Shown: positions 61,365 to 64,000 of the stretch, piece after piece
Numbering within the stretch: the stretch's first letter is position 1
Layout of the letters: each line of letters opens with the position of its first letter
Assembly (NCBI GenBank): GCA_965112735.1
Contig: OZ218954.1
Location: 3,720,001 to 3,784,000, forward strand
Direction: 5' to 3'
Source of the DNA: Phaeosaccion multiseriatum
Lineage: Eukaryota; Protista; Ochrophyta, other classes
Length of the DNA stretch: 64,000 nt
The notes under the pieces: generated by a model
What the model was told of the DNA's origin: nothing
What the model saw: only the letters and a program-made list of their open reading frames with translations
Databases searched by the model: none
Program-made: the position numbers and the translations under genes

Positions 61365-64000
61365 TCACTGATTGTCGATGAGGAACACGTCTGTGCAGAA
61401 CTGAAAGTTGTCCGAGCCCATGCACTGCTGCAGGCCCCCGCTGGCCAGTCCCACCACCAAGTACAGCAGGGGCTTGCGCAGCGTCTCGAACAGCCCGAAG
61501 AAGGCAGCCGATGACAGGGCGGCGCTGCTGTAGCGACGGGCCCACTCCCCGGGGGTCCGCTTCAGCATCTCCGCGCGTTGTTCCTCTCCGCCGTAGCTGG
61601 TGGAGAATGAGGAGAGGGGGTGGGGGAGGGATGTGAGGGGGAGGGGAGGAGTGGGGGGAGGAGTGGGCAGATGGTGATGGCTTCGGTAGGCAGGCAAGTG
61701 CCGAGCACAGGAAGGAGGAGCAGGAGGAGCAGAAGAAGCCAACCGCACTCTCAGTCTCTCATTCACTCACTTCCTCATCACCCACCTCCCTCTGAGGTGA
61801 TTCCTATCAAGTCAAGACATACCCGCCACCTACCCTCCCCCTCCGAACTCACCCCGTGGTATAGAGCGTAATGTCCCTGTACACCTGGCTGGACAGGGCT
61901 GCCAGAGCGCCGAACCCCGCTGCGGTGGGCCCGTCAAGCATCTGCAGAGTGTCAGGACAGGAAGGGGGGGGGGGTCAGGACAGGGAGCAGGGGTGTCAGG
62001 ACAGGGGCAGGGACAGGCTGGCGAGTGCTGGGGAGTAAGGCCGCGTGCGTGATTGAGGACGAATCCGCCCCACCCCACCCAACCCCACCCTGCTTGCTGC
62101 CCGCTTGCTGTTGCTGGTCTATGCCCAAAACTCACTCCCTCCCTCCGTCCCTCCCTCCCTCCCTCCCTCCCTCCCTCCCTCCCTCCCTCCCTCCCTTCCT
62201 CTCTCACTCACCCTTGCGCCATGTGTGGAGGCAAAGTCTGAGGCAAGCACATCGTACTCGAGCCACTTGATGATGTCCGTCATCACATCAACATAGTCGA
62301 AGCCCGCCAGCCTGGCCAGCAGCCCCCCTCCTCCTCCTACCCCCCCCCTCTCTCCGCTGCCCCTGCCTCGCTTCATGAGCCCTGCTCGCACCGCCGCACC
62401 CCCCTGGACGGGCTTGAGCGCCATGGGGCGAGGCGGCACCATGTCCTTCTTTTTGGGCAACAAAGCACCCCACATGCTCGGCCTGCACGCACGCACGCAC
62501 GCACGCACGCACACACACACATGGTCAGTGGTCAGTGGTCAGTGACAGGAGGAGTGGGGGGAGCGAGGGAAGCGAGGGAGGGTGCGCCACCATCACCAGT
62601 ACCATCACCATCACCATCACCATCACCATCACCATCATCATCACCATCACCATTAAAAGCCATCACCATCACCATCACCATCACCATCACCATCACCATT
62701 AAAAGCCATCACCATCACCATCACCATCACCATTAAAAGCCATCACCATTAAAAGCCATCACCATCACCTTCACCATCACCATCACCATCACCATTAAAA
62801 GCCATCGCCATCGCCAGGCACAAGACACCCCCCCCCCCTGCGACTCACGCACGCACGCACCCACGCTCCTCTTTTCCCACAGGCCCACGACCGTGCCTTC
62901 AACACCACACAGGCACCCACACACGCACCCACACACAGGCACCCACACACGCACCCACACATACACGCACATACTCACCTATACATCTTCCCGCGCTGCT
63001 TGCCGTTGCCAGCCGCCCCATCCACTACCATCCCGCCGGTCCTTGAGCTCATCTTGGCATTGGCCTTGATGAGTTGGTAGGGGATTTGGGCAAGCAGCAG
63101 AGCGGCGCCACTCGACGCGCCACCGCCCAGGCCCAAATTCTGACGGACGGGAGGGAGGGAGGGAGGGAGGGAGGAAGGAAGGAAGGAAGGAAGGAAGGAT
63201 AGAGCGGGTGAGGGAGGGAGGGGGGAGGGATGAGGCTCCCCTCGAGCAGCGGGACACACACGCTATATATTCCTGCCTTTCATTGTACCGATAGAAGCGG
63301 CCCACTTGGCCTTCAAGAAGCGGCTTTGGCTTTGCCCTCCCCATCCACTGCCATCTCTCCTTCACCCTCCATCCACTGCCATCCCCCACTCACCCCGAGC
63401 ACGGCCTCCGTCGCTGTCCACGCGTAAATAAAGTCCGCCCTCGCCACGGCCTCGCTGAACTGAGACTGCCCTCCACTGCCATCCCCGTCCGCTGCCATCC
63501 CCCCTTCACTGTCATTGCTATCCGCCATCCATGGCATGGTGAGGGCCATCCATCGCTTTGCCCCCTCGGGACTGTAGCGCTGCACGAGCGCTGGAGTCAC
63601 ACTGAAGAGGTATACCAGGGCTGAGCTGATGAGGCCTAGGGGATGGCAGTGGATGGAGGGTAGGGGGGGCAAAGGGGGTTAGAGGGACGGGACGCGAGTG
63701 GTGACGAGTGGTGAGGCATTCATGGGAAGGCCGGGTGGGAGGTGCCAGGACAAAGACGAGACAGAGTGTCAGGACAGGGAGGGAGGTGTCAGGACAAGAC
63801 CGTTTCGTGCCTCACGGGACATGCGAAGGACGCGAAAGGGAGGGAGGGGACATCAGGCAGACCCTCCCTCCCGAATGCTTTCTTCCTCCAGGGTGAGGGG
63901 ACAGGATGCACACACAGCCCAGCACAGCAGTTGGTGATACAGCACAGCCAGGCAGCACAACCCTCTGGCCAGCCGTCGGGTGCCTTCTGATGTATCATAC
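61365..64000 (-). CDS. Hypothetical multi-exon, probably membrane, protein; 3' part only
   Basis: Coding-like exons bounded by GT-AG near 63393-63636, 62979-63140, 62210-62482 and 61365-61597. Hydrophobic segments include AALSSAAFFGLFETLRKPLLYLVVGLASGG. Ends CMGSDNFQFCTDVFLIDNQ*. Confidence 0.6.

Noticed and set aside
1-64000. tRNA, rRNA or snRNA genes
   Set aside because: None were recognisable by eye; tRNAscan-SE or Infernal would be needed to exclude them.

Overview
This is eukaryotic nuclear DNA: GC-rich, with many GT-AG introns packed with microsatellites. The organism is probably a flagellated protist or alga, possibly a stramenopile (inferred from PTAAPT mucin-like repeats and cilium-linked families). 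Bases 1-45 kb are a compact gene neighbourhood: SCCPDH-like oxidoreductase (partial), a frame-disrupted ankyrin-BTB gene, an ERICH3-N-like gene, a 184-bp MITE with a 7-bp TSD, a type-I membrane mucin-stalk protein, a secreted protein, an unusual BART-NYN-cold-shock fusion, a low-complexity protein, prohibitin-2, a long hairpin, AP-1/2 beta-adaptin (~26 exons) and a DUF938/METTL26 methyltransferase. Bases 46-60.4 kb are an accessory locus built from two intronless orphan genes, called A and B here. They sit head-to-head, are amplified as ~5.5-5.6 kb tandem units plus one foldback inverted copy, and are separated by expanded (CACTGCCT)n arrays. Between copies A1 and A2, 30 of the first 60 residues differ against only 1 synonymous-only codon change, making this the best candidate for an undescribed system. 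A few short dispersed motifs are oriented relative to splice sites across the window. All homology calls come from motif recognition by eye, with no database searches, and exon coordinates are manual.
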